Position numbers and translations under genes: made by a program. 64,000 bases of DNA, taken from NCBI RefSeq assembly GCF_006345805.1, contig NC_043005.1, positions 22,878,001 to 22,942,000 on the forward strand, read 5' to 3'. This document shows, piece after piece, positions 11,792-25,564 of this stretch. The stretch comes from Octopus sinensis. Lineage: Eukaryota. Below the pieces are notes generated by a model. That model ran no database searches. It was not told where the DNA came from and was given only the letters and a program-made list of their open reading frames with translations. Numbering within the stretch: position 1 is the first letter of the stretch; every line of letters starts with the position of its first letter.

Positions 11792-12389
11792 CTATAACAA
11801 AGGAAAGAAATATTATGACATCATTAATGTATTATTAGGATAGGATTATTCAAAGAATATGTGAACATAGCTACAACATAATGAGTCCCATAATCTAATT
11901 GAGTGTTGGGGCCCTTTTGAAGATTTCATTATCATATAAATATATCTAGGATAAGTCAGCTTTGTTAACATGAGCCCTTCTCCAAAGAAGTTAAACTCAG
12001 CACAACAAAATAATAAAAGAACAGTAAATCTTGATGCTGTTGTTGCTGATAGTATACAATAGTATAATATGCCTTACAGTTTACAGTTTGGTGTACTGAA
12101 CCAAATAGAATGAATGAAAGGACAAGAAAAATTCTTTGCACCTGGTTGTCTCATGCCATATTGACTCATCTACTGAAATAAAATTTTTTAAATGGAGTGT
12201 AGCCAACATCTGGCAATAATAACTGTTAATTCTTCTATAATACATGCCTTCCTTTATATATTTAGTTAAATTTTTGCATGAATATAAAAACTTTGCAAAT
12301 GAGAGGTGCTAATTGTCTTACCAATGATAATTAATATTATATATGAAATTAACTTGCTATAAACTCTGATTTAAAATTACTACCGTTAA

Positions 12390-12570
12390 CCCTTCAAGGT
12401 CATATCAGACCCAAATATTCTACCTGTTTTATGTTCAAACTGACCAGATCAGGCTTCTCACTCCTACCCTGCAATGTCATTCTAAAAGCTACAAGATGAT
12501 GTATGATAAACTCAAAACAGCATGAATAAATAAGGATTACATTTGACAAAGTAACCTGAATGCTAAAGGG
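12390..12570. mobile_element. TTAA-flanked piggyBac-type MITE
   Basis: TTAA|CCCTT...AAAGGG|TTAA; related to 27572-27790; duplicate at 55268-55448. Confidence 0.7.
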
Positions 12571-12720
12571 TTAAACTTCTTATGTAGCTCATTATTGCCA
12601 GTATTCTTTCCAAACCACTTAGGCAAATCAAATTTGTAAAATAAAAATATCTCCTACCCAAGGTATTTAGGGATAAAAACCAAAGGAATCTATGGACAGA
12701 AATGAATGATAACTACTTAC

Positions 12721-12816
12721 ATTGCAAGTTCTAGAAGCATGTCATATGTTGGTAGAACTGTGAGACTTACAAATATACCAAGTAATGCAAGGCATATGAT
12801 ATTTAACCACAAAAGA
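12721..12816 (-). CDS. SLC18B1: SLC18B1-like exon (copy 1)
   Basis: tcttttcag| (D)LLWLNIICLALLGIFVSLTVLPTYDMLLELA(I) |gtaagt; 96 nt, phase 2 to phase 2. Confidence 0.88.
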
Positions 12817-13149
12817 CTGAAAAGAAAGAAAGAATAAGACACATTAGAAATAATATGAATTAACTGTCGACAGTTTAATGTAAATTGATATTAGATATTA
12901 TATGGCCTTGTGCCAAAATTTGAAACCGATATTAGATATTATAAAAGGTGGCAGAAATGTTAGCACGTCGGGCGAAATGCTTAGCAGTATTTTGTCTGTC
13001 TTTTTGCCTCAATGAACTGTCTGACACATGCAAGTATAAAAAAGTGGACACTAAAATATATGCATACATATAGAGATAATATACATACATGTGTGTGTGT
13101 GTATGTGTTTATACATTCTTTTAACTTTTAGTTTGTTTTAGACTGGCCA

Positions 13150-13740
13150 CCTTCCTGAAAAAGGAAATTGTCATCATCTCGTGTAAGTGCATATCCTTTG
13201 AATTATAAGAATGTTTTACAAATTTTGAAGGCTCTGGATATCACAGACATTTGTAGCTGATGAATTAAGGAGCTATGTTGTTTCTTCAGAAATCCAAGGC
13301 CAAGTTATACTTTGTCCAGTCAGGCTGGTATGTAATCTGTAGCTCCAACAATAACAAGTATGGAGATAAATGTGCATCTTGCATATTGGATCGGAAAACT
13401 TCTCATCAATGGTCTTTAAGTATCTTCCCCCTTTTGCATTTTCTTACCAAACTGACATCAAGTGGGCAACTGTTTTCTATGACAAAGCATGCTTATAATG
13501 AGTGTTCACAAACAATAATATCAGGCTGGTTGCAGTTTTTATTTTTAGGTTCTACCAGTTTTCCTTTGAGCTGTCTGTCTCAACACATTCCTTCCCATTT
13601 TGATTTTATTTTTGTCTTCTGCAAGGGCATTCCATTTTGTTCTAGCTAACACATAATGTCTCACAGGGAAGTAGTAATGAGACAACATTCTTTCACAGTT
13701 GGCAATAATGTGGCTAACATGCTCAATTTTATTTTGCACA
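13150..13740 (-). mobile_element. Fragment of a LINE with a restriction-like endonuclease (R4/Dong/NeSL-like), C-terminal part
   Basis: EHVSHIIANCERMLSHYYFPVRHYVLA resembles the ExxxHIxxxC...RH motif after the CCHC knuckle; heavily decayed; duplicate at about 56030-56620. Confidence 0.55.
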
Positions 13741-13759
13741 AATGATATTTTTTGTCAAC

Positions 13760-14939
13760 TGATAACCTTCCTTTTGCCATCTTTGTAGGAACTTCATTAT
13801 TCCACATTCATAGAACTTCAGGTCCTTATCAGCCAAAAACTGAAGCAAGTGCAAATTCAGTTCATCATCATTGTTGAAAGTTTTAACATTCAAAGGATTT
13901 TGCAAATTTCGAAATAAATGGTAATCTGTTGGTGCATGGTCAGTGCTATATGGTGAATGTGACATCACTTCCCAGCCAAGCTCCAATAATTTTTCACAAG
14001 TTAGCAAAGATGTGCATGGCCTAGCGTTGTCATGGTGGAACTTAATATCTTTAAGATTTGACAATTCTGGCCATTTTTCTTTGACTGCTTCCTCCTGTTT
14101 CATTAGTTGTTGACAGTAAACATCTGTATTGATCGTATGGTTCTTTGGAAGCAACTCCAAATACAAACACCTTTGTAATCCCACCAAATTGACAGCATGA
14201 CCTTTTTTTGATGCAATTCAACCTTTGATATGGTTTGTGCTAGTTTATTACACTTGGACCATGATTGTTTTCGATTGATGTTATTGTAGACAATCCATTT
14301 TTCATCATCAGTGATGATTTGGTTCAAAATAAGGTCAATTTCATTGCATTTGGGATGCATATCACAAATATTGATTCATTGTGTTAAGTGAATCTCTTTC
14401 AATTTCTGTGGAACCCAAATATTGTGCTTCTTAACAAGTCCAAGACATTTTAAGTGATTTTCAGTTGTTATGATATATTTACCCTCTCTACAATCTCTGG
14501 CACAGTTATGACATTTAGATTCAATAATGGCTTTGATTCGGTCATCATCAATTTCAGTAGGTCGGCCAGAACGTTGGTCATCTTTGAGTGAAAATTCTCC
14601 TGAACATAATTCTAAAAACCATTTCTGTGATGTGCATTCTGTTAAGCAATCAATACCATAAACTTTACATATCTCTTTGTGAGCCTCAGCAGCTTTCTTG
14701 CCTGTATGGAAATAAAAAAGCAAAATATGGCAAAAATTTTCGTTTTTGCACTCCATGTTAAAATTGACACTGAACTAACAGCTGTAAACAAAATTATGTG
14801 CAATTTGCTTCTAAACTAAACTAAAAGTAAAAGCTGTCAAATGTCAAAAGGGAAAAAATCATGACATTAACAAAAGTTATTCAAAACAATCAAAACTTTA
14901 TCTGTTTACAAAAACAAAATTACTTTCTTGCCAACCCAG
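13760..14939 (-). mobile_element. Mariner (DD34D) transposase pseudogene with 5' TIR
   Basis: TA|CTGGGTTGGCAAGAAAGTAATT TIR at the high end; WVPQKL, IITDDEKW, FHHDNARP, SPYSTDHAPTDYHLF; frameshifted; no 3' TIR seen. Confidence 0.93.
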
Positions 14940-16107
14940 TATGTGATGTAACACTATGTATGTATGTCTCTCCTGTTTTTCATCATTTAAATTTCTCCTC
15001 TGAAGAAGGATCTAGTTTCTAACAATGATACAAAATTCCATCTTTGGAATGTATATAACAAAATAATGTCACGTTTTAAGTCTGATAAAGGTCTTTCATA
15101 GTTTTATTGTTCCACTTACAGATTGTATTTGTAATGTATGAATCGCTTGGTTGATTGCTTTCACTAATACCATTACCATAATTAAAGAGGTTTCTCAATT
15201 ATTAAAATTTGCCATTAGCCATGTAATTTGCAGAAACCACCAAATTAAAATTCATGTTAGATAATTTAATACAGGGCTTTGTTTGAACCTGTTACACCTT
15301 TCCCCTGGATATATTTATGAATATAAAATATGCATATAAGCACACACACACACACACACACACATACACACACACACACACACACATGTGCTTTGAGACA
15401 TCTGTAAATAACTGAATTGTAGTAATATATCCTTTTGTAATACATATACCTCTCACTTTGTGTGAGTGTTTGTGAAGTCATCTGAGTATGTATATATGTG
15501 TATAGTCTTCATTATCATTACCATCATCATTGTTTAACGTCTGCCTTCCATACTGGCATGGGTGGGATTGTTTGACAGGAGCCAGCCAAGCAGAAGCCTG
15601 CACTAGACTTCTGTGATTGTTTTGGCAGGATTTTTACAGCTGGGTGCCCTTCCTAACACCAACCACCCAGCAGAGTGAACTTAGTGCTTTTTTGCATGGC
15701 ACAAGCACAGGTAAGGTCAGTTTTGGCAAGGTTTTTACAGCTGGATTCCCTTCCATATGCCAACCACTTTACAGTGTGAACTGGATGCTTTTTAAGTGGC
15801 ACCTGCATTGGAAGAGATGATCTTGTATCAGATGATGAAAGGCTATAATGAGACAGAAACATGTGTCTTGCTGTAGAGGAGATACACGGTTACAGAGAGA
15901 GGGAGGGAGAGAGTGAGAGAGAGAGAACAAAAATGAGGACAGAAACAGGTGTGTTGCTGCGAAGGAGATACATGGTTACCTGAGCTGAGGGAAGTGCAGG
16001 AGGAGAGAGAGTGGGAGACATCAGGACAGAGATGATGGCAAAGTGCCAGGCATACTCACATATATTCTAATATTGAACAGTGAGAATAAGTGCTCAACAC
16101 TGTATTT

Positions 16108-16330
16108 CATCATCATCATCGTTTAACATATGTTTTCCATACTGGCATGAGTTGGACGGTTTGATAGAGCTGGCCAGCCAGGGAGCTGTCCAGACTCCAA
16201 CTGTCTACTGTGGCATGGCTTCTACAGCTTGATGTCCTTCCTAATGCCAACCACTTTACAGAAAATGCTGGGTGCTTTTTACATGCCACCAGCTTGGGGC
16301 ATTTATACAGCACTGGCACAAGTGCATTTT
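16108..16330 (-). mobile_element. Short element sharing the RTE 3' tail (one of many)
   Basis: Begins (CAT)n CGTTTAAC, the reverse of the RTE end; relatives at about 9200-9390, 15520-15800 and 39840-40115. Confidence 0.65.
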
Positions 16331-17256
16331 TTGTGACACTGGCACTTGCAAGGACAAGCCTGTATGTATGGATGACAGCAATTTTACTTAGCTGATATAT
16401 CTTTTCAAGTACAGAAAATCATCACAACTACTAGTCCCTTGTCATTTCCTCAATGAGGCCCAGTGTCCGAAGATCCTTTCTCACCACTTTGTCCCACATC
16501 CACCTGAATTCTTATTCCATTCAAATTTTGACCTGCTATAATCACTAATTATATTTTTTCACTTCATTATATATTCTACAATGTTTTTGTTCACATACAC
16601 ACATGCATACATCCATATTGCCAACATACACATTCACATATATATATTCCTTTCTACTCTAGAGACAAATTTTGGGGAGGGGGAGGCAATCGATTAGGTC
16701 AACCCCAGTATGCAACTGGTACTTAATTCATCGACCCAAAGGATGAAAGGCAAAGTCAACCTCAGTGGAATTTGAGCTGAGAACGTAAAGACTGACAAAA
16801 TACCGCTAAGCATTTCATCCAGCGTGCTAACATTTCTGCCAGCTCACCACCTTATTCACATATATATTGAAACATACAAATACATACACATAGATAAAAA
16901 AAAACAGGTTCAACACATCTTTGCTCATGCCGTTATGATACACAATAGTTCATTGATGATGTTATGACAGTTAAGATATAAACATTATCGAGAAAAAGAA
17001 TACTAGATAAAACTAGTGAATAGGTGAGAACGTTGTAGATTAATTGTTAAGGAGAGAGCAGCTAGACACATTAATTCATCAAGCATATACCTATCAATAA
17101 TACTACAGATTAACAAAATATATCATATTAGACTCCACCCAACGCCATCCAAAATTGCTACGTCAATCAATATTAACTCAAATACACGGTCTATACATAT
17201 CAAGTAAACACAAACAGAACTCACATAATGCCTGATTTTACCAGCAGAAAATCTAG

Positions 17257-17289
<33 letters not shown>

Positions 17290-17294
<5 letters not shown>

Positions 17295-17499
17295 TCAAAA
17301 TGTGACCTCGTGTGTACCGTTGGCGATTTCTTTCCTCTGTCTTCCCTTCTCGGGATCTTTCCTTCTCCTATGTTTCCGACGAAGAGCTCCGCTCGAAACT
17401 TTAAACCCTCCTTCTTCCCTTCTTTCCTGAGTGTCCATAATACTATATTTGCTCCACGTCCTCGCGTTGTTGTGTTTTTTTTTGTTTTCTTGTTTGGAT

Positions 17500-17548
<49 letters not shown>

Positions 17549-17847
17549 AATACACACACGTATATATATATAGTGAGAATTTACAAAAAAACAAAAGACA
17601 AAGACAAGTGTGTAAACAACAAACAGATGTATTAGTTTAATGCTTGGAAAGTGAAAAAGTCTTTTACATTTCGAACCTATGCCATTCAACAGAAAGGAAC
17701 ACAGAAATAAACAGGGAGAGAAAATAGAAAAACTTTTAGTGGCTAGCAATCTATCATGGTGAATGCTGGATAGAGGGGCCACAGAGGAGAGCTAGGAAGA
17801 AAGGGAGATAATAAAGTAGTGGTGATCCCAAAATGAAGGTGCGCATG
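17290..17847. mobile_element. Two convergent short elements in (TA)n, each with a minimal hammerhead-like motif (Penelope-like ends)
   Basis: + strand gttt-CCGACGA-a-gagc-tcc-gctc-GAAA-cttt-aaac at 17372-17406; - strand cttt-CTGTTGA-..-GAAA-tgta-aaag at 17696-17661. Confidence 0.5.
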
Positions 17848-19205
17848 CAGTATTTCACTTATCCTCGTGGGATTTCCTGTGAGGGAGCCATCTTTTTGGA
17901 AGAGAGGTCCTATTCTCTGGCACACTGTGGCTGTCTCTTTGGCAAACTTATAGAAAGCTTTAGGGTTTGACTTGATATTTTCTATTACCCAAGCTTCTTT
18001 ATCTGCTCTCTCCTTTTCATGAGACTGATGCAGACTTTTCTCAATTTCCATTAGCATTCTCTTGAGACAAGACTTCTCACCACTTTTGGTGTGCTTGCTC
18101 AGGCGGTTCGCAATCCTTGTCCGTCGTCTCATAAGAATCTTCTTTTCTCTAGGGATCCTGTTTTTGTGTGTGCTGGCCTTCCACACTGGGACATATTTGT
18201 CACATATGGCTTGTATTATGGACATGAAACGTTTGTGTTTCATGTCAATGTCTGGTGTGGAGAGACATTTAGGCCAATCCTGTTTGAGGATCTCTTTCTC
18301 AATCAACTTCCAATTTGCTTTATGAAAGTTTAATTTGGGGAGATTGTGCATGCTTCGTATAGGCTGTGTATCTGCGGGGGCTTTTGGTCCATACATAGAC
18401 AGCTCTATTATGTTGTGATCCAAGATCATTGTCGGTATCACTTTAACATTATGGATAATATCCATATTGTTTGTGAAACAGAGATGCAGTATATTATTTG
18501 CCCTGGTTGGTTGCAGAACTGTTTGCTCCATGAAAGAAGCATTTGTAAGATGGATCGGGGACTCTGCCTGTGCTTGCTGATGGTGTGTCATCCCCGGGAG
18601 CATCTGCACCCCCCAGGCCATTCCACATTGGGAAGTTAAAGTCACCCATGAAGAATACACTGTTGTGTTGTTCCAGTTTGGTGAGAACTTCTATTTTTGT
18701 TAGGAGCAGTCTTCAACCATGCCTGTGTGATTTGGGGCATCCGGTGGGCGATATGTAGTACATATGACGATATTCAGTTGTCTTATGTGTACAATTTGAG
18801 TGTCAACACACTGAGTTTGAATATGACAACAGGACCTGGGGCATGAGGTCATCTCGGATATACACTGCAACTCCACCATGACTCCTCCCTTTTCTATCTG
18901 AGCATATGACAACATATTGCGGTATGTTTATTTCTGCATCCCCTATATCAGGTCCAAGATGCATTTCTATGAGTGCCATGCATATAGCTTGATTGCATGT
19001 TGTAAGGTCTGTCAGGAATGAAATTTTCTTTTTACAGTTGTCGCGCAGCAGCTCTCCTACGTTCAGAAGAATATTTTTGTGGCGTGTGTGTTGGTGTTTG
19101 TGGTGGCCATCCTGCATCTGTTGGTGGTGGCCTTATGTGGTGGTAGTTCCAGCTTTGTGTTTGTAGCCAAGTCAGCTGCTGGACAATTTTTTGTGCCATG
19201 CACAA
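17848..19205 (-). mobile_element. CR1-type LINE ORF2 N-terminal half (APE endonuclease plus linker), truncated before the RT
   Basis: SDRKGRSHGGVAVYI, TTYRPP, MGDFNFPNVEW, QPTRANNIL, LDHNII, NFHKANW, IKSNPKAFYKF, IGPL. Confidence 0.9.
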
Positions 19206-19257
19206 AAAGAATATATATATATATATACACACACACACATATATATACATATATATA

Positions 19258-19700
19258 AATAAGAGAGATAGAGATCAACAGAATCAAGAACACATGCGTC
19301 AAGAGCAAAGGCAGCCATACTTAGAAAATATGAGAAACAGAGTTCAAGAAAGAAGGAAAAATATGGAAGATGAAACACAGAATTATCTTATGATAGACAG
19401 AGCTCAAATAAGAAGATGGAATATAATGGAACAACAAAATTCTCAATTTATTATTGGTAAGATGACATAATATGCCCGCACTGTCATGCATTTAGATTTC
19501 TGCAGGAAGCATTTAATTGCTGCCATAATGGTAGGTAGATTAGGCAAGGTTTCCTTACCTAATCTACAAAAATATCCTGACCAGTTAAAACAACTTTTGG
19601 AGAATATTGACATTGAAGGAATGAACTTTAGACAGAACATCAGAAACTATAACTAAATGTATTCATTTGCCTCATTTGGAACCAATGTTTCACCACCAAT
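19258..19700 (+). mobile_element. Helitron Rep-helicase N-terminal fragment
   Basis: IGKMNIICPHCHAFRFLQEAFNCCHNG..KVSLP..FRQNIRNYN..SFASFG (cleaner in the duplicate at 62135-62578), the Helitron CxxC..CC..GKV.LP / F..NIR.YN..F.S motif. Confidence 0.85.
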
Positions 19701-21278
19701 AGATAGATAGATACAAATATATATATACATTTGTGTGTTGTGGGGTGCATGTGCACCCATGTGCACACACGTAAGATTGATCGTTTGACTGACTGTAGAA
19801 GTAAAGTGATATCAATAATATTAACCCTACATTATTGCTACATAGTTTATCAACCCTAGAAACATGAAAGGCTACGTCGACCTTGGCTAGATATGAACTC
19901 AGGATGCAAAATAATATATCTAGATATAGCAAAATATTTTTATCTTGACTCCTCCCTTTTTGCTGCCCACCAGCTTAATTATTTTAAACAATTTCTTTTA
20001 TTAATAATATTGAATTCTAATATTATTAATAACAAAGAAAATAATTTATATAGCATTATAATATCACTAAATGAAATCACTAAATCTAATTAAAATAAAT
20101 TATTCATTATTTATACAAATGAAAGAATGCAAACATTTTGTTTGGCTTTGTTTAATGACGAAATAGCTAACTAATTAAAAAACTTCTAGTATATTACTTA
20201 CACTTCACTGATTTCATTTTCTATTCTATTCTGCATTCTGCACATTTTTAAATGATTTTAAATAGAAAAAATCCTGTATTATTTCAGTTATTCAATAGAA
20301 TCTTCTTTTTTTTCCTGGACATTTTTACAGCTAGTTATTATGTTTTGTTTTTTTCTCTATGCTTCTGTTTTAATATTTTCTATTTTGGACTTTCATTGTT
20401 ATAATTTATATATATATTTTATACCAAATATTCAGATATGACAAAAGAATTTACAGCTATTTCACAGCTTAACAGAATTTGTCTTATGTGAGGCCTGAAC
20501 AATCAAGTAAAGCCTCTACATAGCTATTCATTCTGTTCAATGTAGTAACCAAATTGACCCTCAACAAACTGCTTTCAGACTTGAAAATGGATATTGTATT
20601 GTTATATTGTTCTTTAACTGCAGGCAAACTCAGCTGAGCAAACATAATCAAAAACATTCAAAGCATGACCATCTTTCTATTTATTCTGGATTCATACGTA
20701 TCCTTCTCTTTTTAAGATAATAGGTTCCCTTTTTAAATTAGAGGAATTTTTTACATGCTATTTTTAGCAGGACATGCCACAATATATAAACTACCTTTTT
20801 CACATTCAACAACTGTTTAATGGTTTTGCATGGTGTATTCTATAATGCAAAAGAGCAAGATTTTCACATTCATTCATTCAGTATTCAAATTGCAGATCAC
20901 ATTATACACAAAGTGACATTGTGCATTTATAAAAAACCATAAATTCTTCATTTCAAACATCTTTGGATTACCTCCATTGCAAGAATATTACATCAACAGT
21001 TCGGAAACTCTTTTTAACCCAGAATGTTTAATCAATTCACATTGTATGTTCATAGCAGTTGGTTTTGAGTTCAATGCCACTGCATGACACCTTAAGCAAG
21101 CATCTTTTTGTGGGTAGAATCTGGGGAGAGGGAAACTATGCAGGAACCTGTCACACACGTATGCATGTGTGTTTATGGTTGCATGTATAAAACTATCATG
21201 TGTCAAAAGTTATTCACAAAGTATAGTTTGATAAATAACTAGCAGACTGAGATAAATACTGGGCCATTGTGATCAATA

Positions 21279-21569
21279 TGGAGGCACATGACCTAGAGCA
21301 GCAGACTCACAGTCAAGGGATCATGGGTTCAAATCTCAGACTGGGCGATGTGTGTGTTTATCAGCGAAATACCTAAGCTCCACACAGCTCCAGTACAAGG
21401 TAATGGCGAACTTCTGCTGACTCTTTCGCCAAAACTTTCTCTTGGTCTCTCCTCCTGCATCTAGCAGCCCACCTGAGACAGACCGGTGTCCCATCCAAGT
21501 GGGGAACCTATACGCCAATGAAATCAGGAAACCAGCCTAGCATGGCTTGAGAAGGAACAAAACAACAAC
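21279..21569 (+). mobile_element. tRNA-derived SINE with (AAC)n tail
   Basis: GGAGGCACATG head, GGTTCAAATC B box, near-TSD tgatcaatat / tggtcaatat; same family as 53846-54148. Confidence 0.8.
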
Positions 21570-22037
21570 ATGGTCAATATGACCAACTAATGATTCAATA
21601 TGGTCAAATCAAAATAATTGAAACAAGTAAAATAAAACTATCTTCTTTCTATTTCTTTGTACATCCATCAATGACTTCAATGTCCAGTCTGCTTCTCAAC
21701 TCACTTCTACTTAATCTATCTCTTAAACTGACATTGCACATTCACTAGATTAGCTTTATTACATTTTCAAAGCTAACATATATTATTCTAAGGAAGACTA
21801 TTAATGTCCAAGATTCTTTGAGGTTCTTCTCATCTGACAGATAAAGGTAGTTTAGTGGGTTTGATGAAGATGATATTCAGTTTGTTTCCTATTAAAGTTA
21901 GTTTAATCAAATTGTGCAACCCATATCAGTATGGAAAATGAACATTTCAAAACATTAAACATTATATTTTACTACGTGAACATATTTCACAACATTTCAA
22001 ACAATTTTTATTTTTTTGATATCAAAACAGTCCTTAC

Positions 22038-22132
22038 TCATCTGGTATCCCAGAAATAGGTACTGGTCCAAGGAACAGTAGGACAAATGCAATCATAAAG
22101 AATCCTGCTATAAGTAATTTATTAGCATCATC
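22038..22132 (-). CDS. SLC18B1: SLC18B1-like exon (copy 1)
   Basis: ttcttacag| DDANKLLIAGFFMIAFVLLFLGPVPISGIPD(D) |gtaagg; 95 nt; xLGPxP family motif. Confidence 0.9.
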
Positions 22133-22373
22133 CTGTAAGAAAAATAAATAAATACATTGATGGTGATAGTCAGCGAGGGAGAAGGATAAGGAGACCATTT
22201 TTATTGGTCCTAAGGTCTCATAAGCACACATATAAGACACATGTAAAAGGGGATAACAGAACATGTGGAATGTGCAGACAGATGGATAGATAATGAACAT
22301 AGTTGCAAAGGAAAAACATAATACAAGTTTAAAATTCAGTTTATAAAACAAATAAAGACAACTCTTGTATGTA

Positions 22374-22425
<52 letters not shown>

Positions 22426-22430
22426 CATAA

Positions 22431-22493
<63 letters not shown>

Positions 22494-22581
22494 TATATAT
22501 ATATATATATTATATATATATATATATTATCACATATATATATATACGCGCACACACACACATGCACACAAACATATATAT

Positions 22582-22830
22582 ATATTGTTGTATTTCAGGG
22601 TGGTCATTATATTTATTACTTTTTTTTTCAAATAAAACACACACACACACACATATTTTTTTTCTTCACTTGTTTATTACTGTTATTTTATTGCTTTACT
22701 GCCTGGCATTAAAATAATAAAATAACAGTAATAAACAAGTGAAGAAAAAAATATTGTGTGTGTGTGTGTTTATTTGGCAAAAAAAAATTAAATAATAAAT
22801 AAAATGATCATCCCGAAATACAAGAATATC
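22582..22830. repeat. Foldback inverted repeat (about 110-120 bp arms)
   Basis: ttcttcacttgtttattactgttatttta pairs with taaaataacagtaataaacaagtgaagaa; outer ttgtatttcagggtggtcatt pairs with aatgatcatcccgaaatacaa. Confidence 0.85.
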
Positions 22831-22928
22831 TGTTTCAAACACATGATTTCACATCCAGAATCTTGCAAAAACAAATTGATATATATATATATATATATAC
22901 ACACGCACACACCACCACACACACACAT

Positions 22929-22980
<52 letters not shown>

Positions 22981-22990
22981 ATATATATAT

Positions 22991-23045
<55 letters not shown>

Positions 23046-23050
23046 TATAT

Positions 23051-23929
23051 CATCATCATTATCGTTTAATGTCCGCTTTCCACACTAGCATGGGTTGGAT
23101 GGTTTGACTGAGGGCTGGCGAACCAGATGGCTGCACCAGGCTCCAGTCTTGATCTGGCAGAGTTTCTACAGATAGATGCCCTTCCTAACGCCAACCACTC
23201 CAAGAGTGTAGTGGGTGCTTTTACATGTCACCAGCACGGGAGCCATTCAGGCGGTACTGGCAATGACCTCGCTCGAATCTTTTTACACATGTCACTGGCA
23301 CAGGTGCCAGTAAGGCGATGCTGGTAACGATCCCGCTCGAATGGTGCCTTTTACATGCCACTGGCACGAAGCCAGTTAGCCGACCTGGCAACGATCATGC
23401 TCAGATGGTGCTCTTAGCACCCTACTAGCACAGGGCACAAGTGCCAGTAAGGCGACGCTGGTAACGATCACACTCGAATGGTGCTTTTTATGTGCCACTG
23501 GCACAGTAGCTGGATAGCCGCTCTGTCAACTATCACTCTCATATGGTGCTCTTTGCCATCATCGAATTTTACTTTGATTTTGATTTCACCTGCCTCAACA
23601 GGTCTTTGCAAGCAGCGTTTAGTGTCCAAAGTAGGAAAATGTATGCACAAGTCGGCTGGTTATGACCCTGGCATAGGCCATGAGGTTATGGTCGCATTTG
23701 GCTTGCCGGGTCTTCTCAAGCACAGCATGTTTCCAAAGATCTAGTCATTAGTCATTTCCTTGGTGAGGCCTAAAGTTTGAAGGTCGTGCTTCACCACTTC
23801 ATCCCAGGTCTTCCTGGGTCTACCTCTTCAAAAGGTTCTCTCAACCACTAGGATGTGGCACTTTTTCCCACAGCTATCCTCAACTATTCTCGCCACATGT
23901 CCATACCAGTGCAGTCGTCCTCTCTTGCA
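23051..23929 (-). mobile_element. RTE LINE 3' fragment (C-terminus plus 3' UTR)
   Basis: Reverse complement of about 2355-3219; RLHWYGHVAR; (GAT)n tail at the low end. Confidence 0.9.
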
Positions 23930-25564
23930 CACACAAATATATATATATATATATAATATATATATATATATATACAAACACATACACACACACATATATA
24001 TACACACACACACACACATATATATAATTTACAAGATAAGGGCAAAAGAAAAATTCTAATGCCAAATATGCCGAAACAAAAATTGTCAATGACCATTATA
24101 ATTTATGTGTCTCGAAACACATATATATATATATATACCACACACACACACATACACATATATATGTATATACATGTAGCCAAGTATAATCTTATAGATT
24201 AAAGCGGATGCATTTTTGTATATGTTTGTATAAGTGTAAAGGAATCTCTGTATTTTCTATAACTATTTAGTATATGGTTGGTCATTGTGACCATTTAGCA
24301 TTGACCTAGTTTTCTTGCTACAAAATCTAATTGCCAAATAGGAGTAAAGTCTAAGACAATATAATCCCCTTTCCACTTTAATTTTCTTTAGGAATAACTT
24401 CTGAAGTTTATTTCACCCCTACCTACTTCTATAAATAGAAAATCTCTTTTTGTCTCCATTCAACAGAAGATCCCTCCCTACTTTCTAGCAGTTCAAAATA
24501 ACTTAAAGAATATTCTTCAGTCAGAAGATAAATTCTAATACCTTAATGTTCTTAACATTCAAATGAACATCTGTCTATATATCTACCCTCTTTATAATGT
24601 TATCAATTAACATGAAAATACGTATATGTATTGATGGAGAACCTCTATTAATGGCTGATGATTGCTCAACATTTTAAAACTGTTGTAATACTTACAATGT
24701 TTAATAAAATGATGTAGCGTGAAACGATCGTACCAAATTACCAAAGATATTCTTGTTGCTTATTTTGATTATAATCACCCCATGGATTTATATGGATAAC
24801 ACCATACAAAATTCTGGTGCATCTAATTTAAGTACCACATTCATTTGAATCTAAATTTTGCTGAATATATATATATATTATTTGGACCTTTGGTATATGG
24901 CTAGAAGTATACCAATTAAAGCACTGTTACCATTCAGGCTACCTGATATCATCCATAGTTATGATATAACTGTCAATGGATCTACGTCAGGAATTTCACA
25001 GTGTTTGTTGAGTTTATAATGAATGAGGGAAATGGAAATGGAGTGTACAAGAATCTTTATGCAACACAACAATGATTTCGACCCATCCTACATCTGTCCA
25101 TTGCAGATGGGATATTGTACAGCTAGGTGTTGCACCCACCAGTGCAGAATGCATCCCATTTTAAATTAGCTATTTTGCTAAATATACTTGGTTTCACTTG
25201 GCATGTTGTTGGTCACCAGTAGGTTGTTGGCTATAGTAATAGAGGATGGATACAATTTCTAGGTTATAACTGGTAAATGGGTCTGGCTATAGCTCACAGT
25301 GAATACACACCATAGGGTAAAGTAATAAAAGATAGAGAATAAATAGCTAGATGACCTGAGCTGGAAAGCCCTTCATCATACATCTTTTCAATAAATGCTG
25401 ACCTAGGATTAAACAGCAACCACAACATATTATATTCAAATATTTATTTACCACATCATTTAACAAGATTGGTAAAATATGACATAGTAACACATGGGAG
25501 ATAAGTTACAGACACAATAATAGGTACAATTAATTGTAATAAATTAAGAGATGTATCAACTTAC

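Noticed and set aside
14997-15030. CTGAAGA as another hammerhead core
   Set aside because: No helix II and GAAA follow on the same strand
22034-24096. Long YI/CV/HT-rich ORFs in the track
   Set aside because: Translations of (TA)n, (CA)n and (TG)n microsatellites; only 22038-22132 is a real exon
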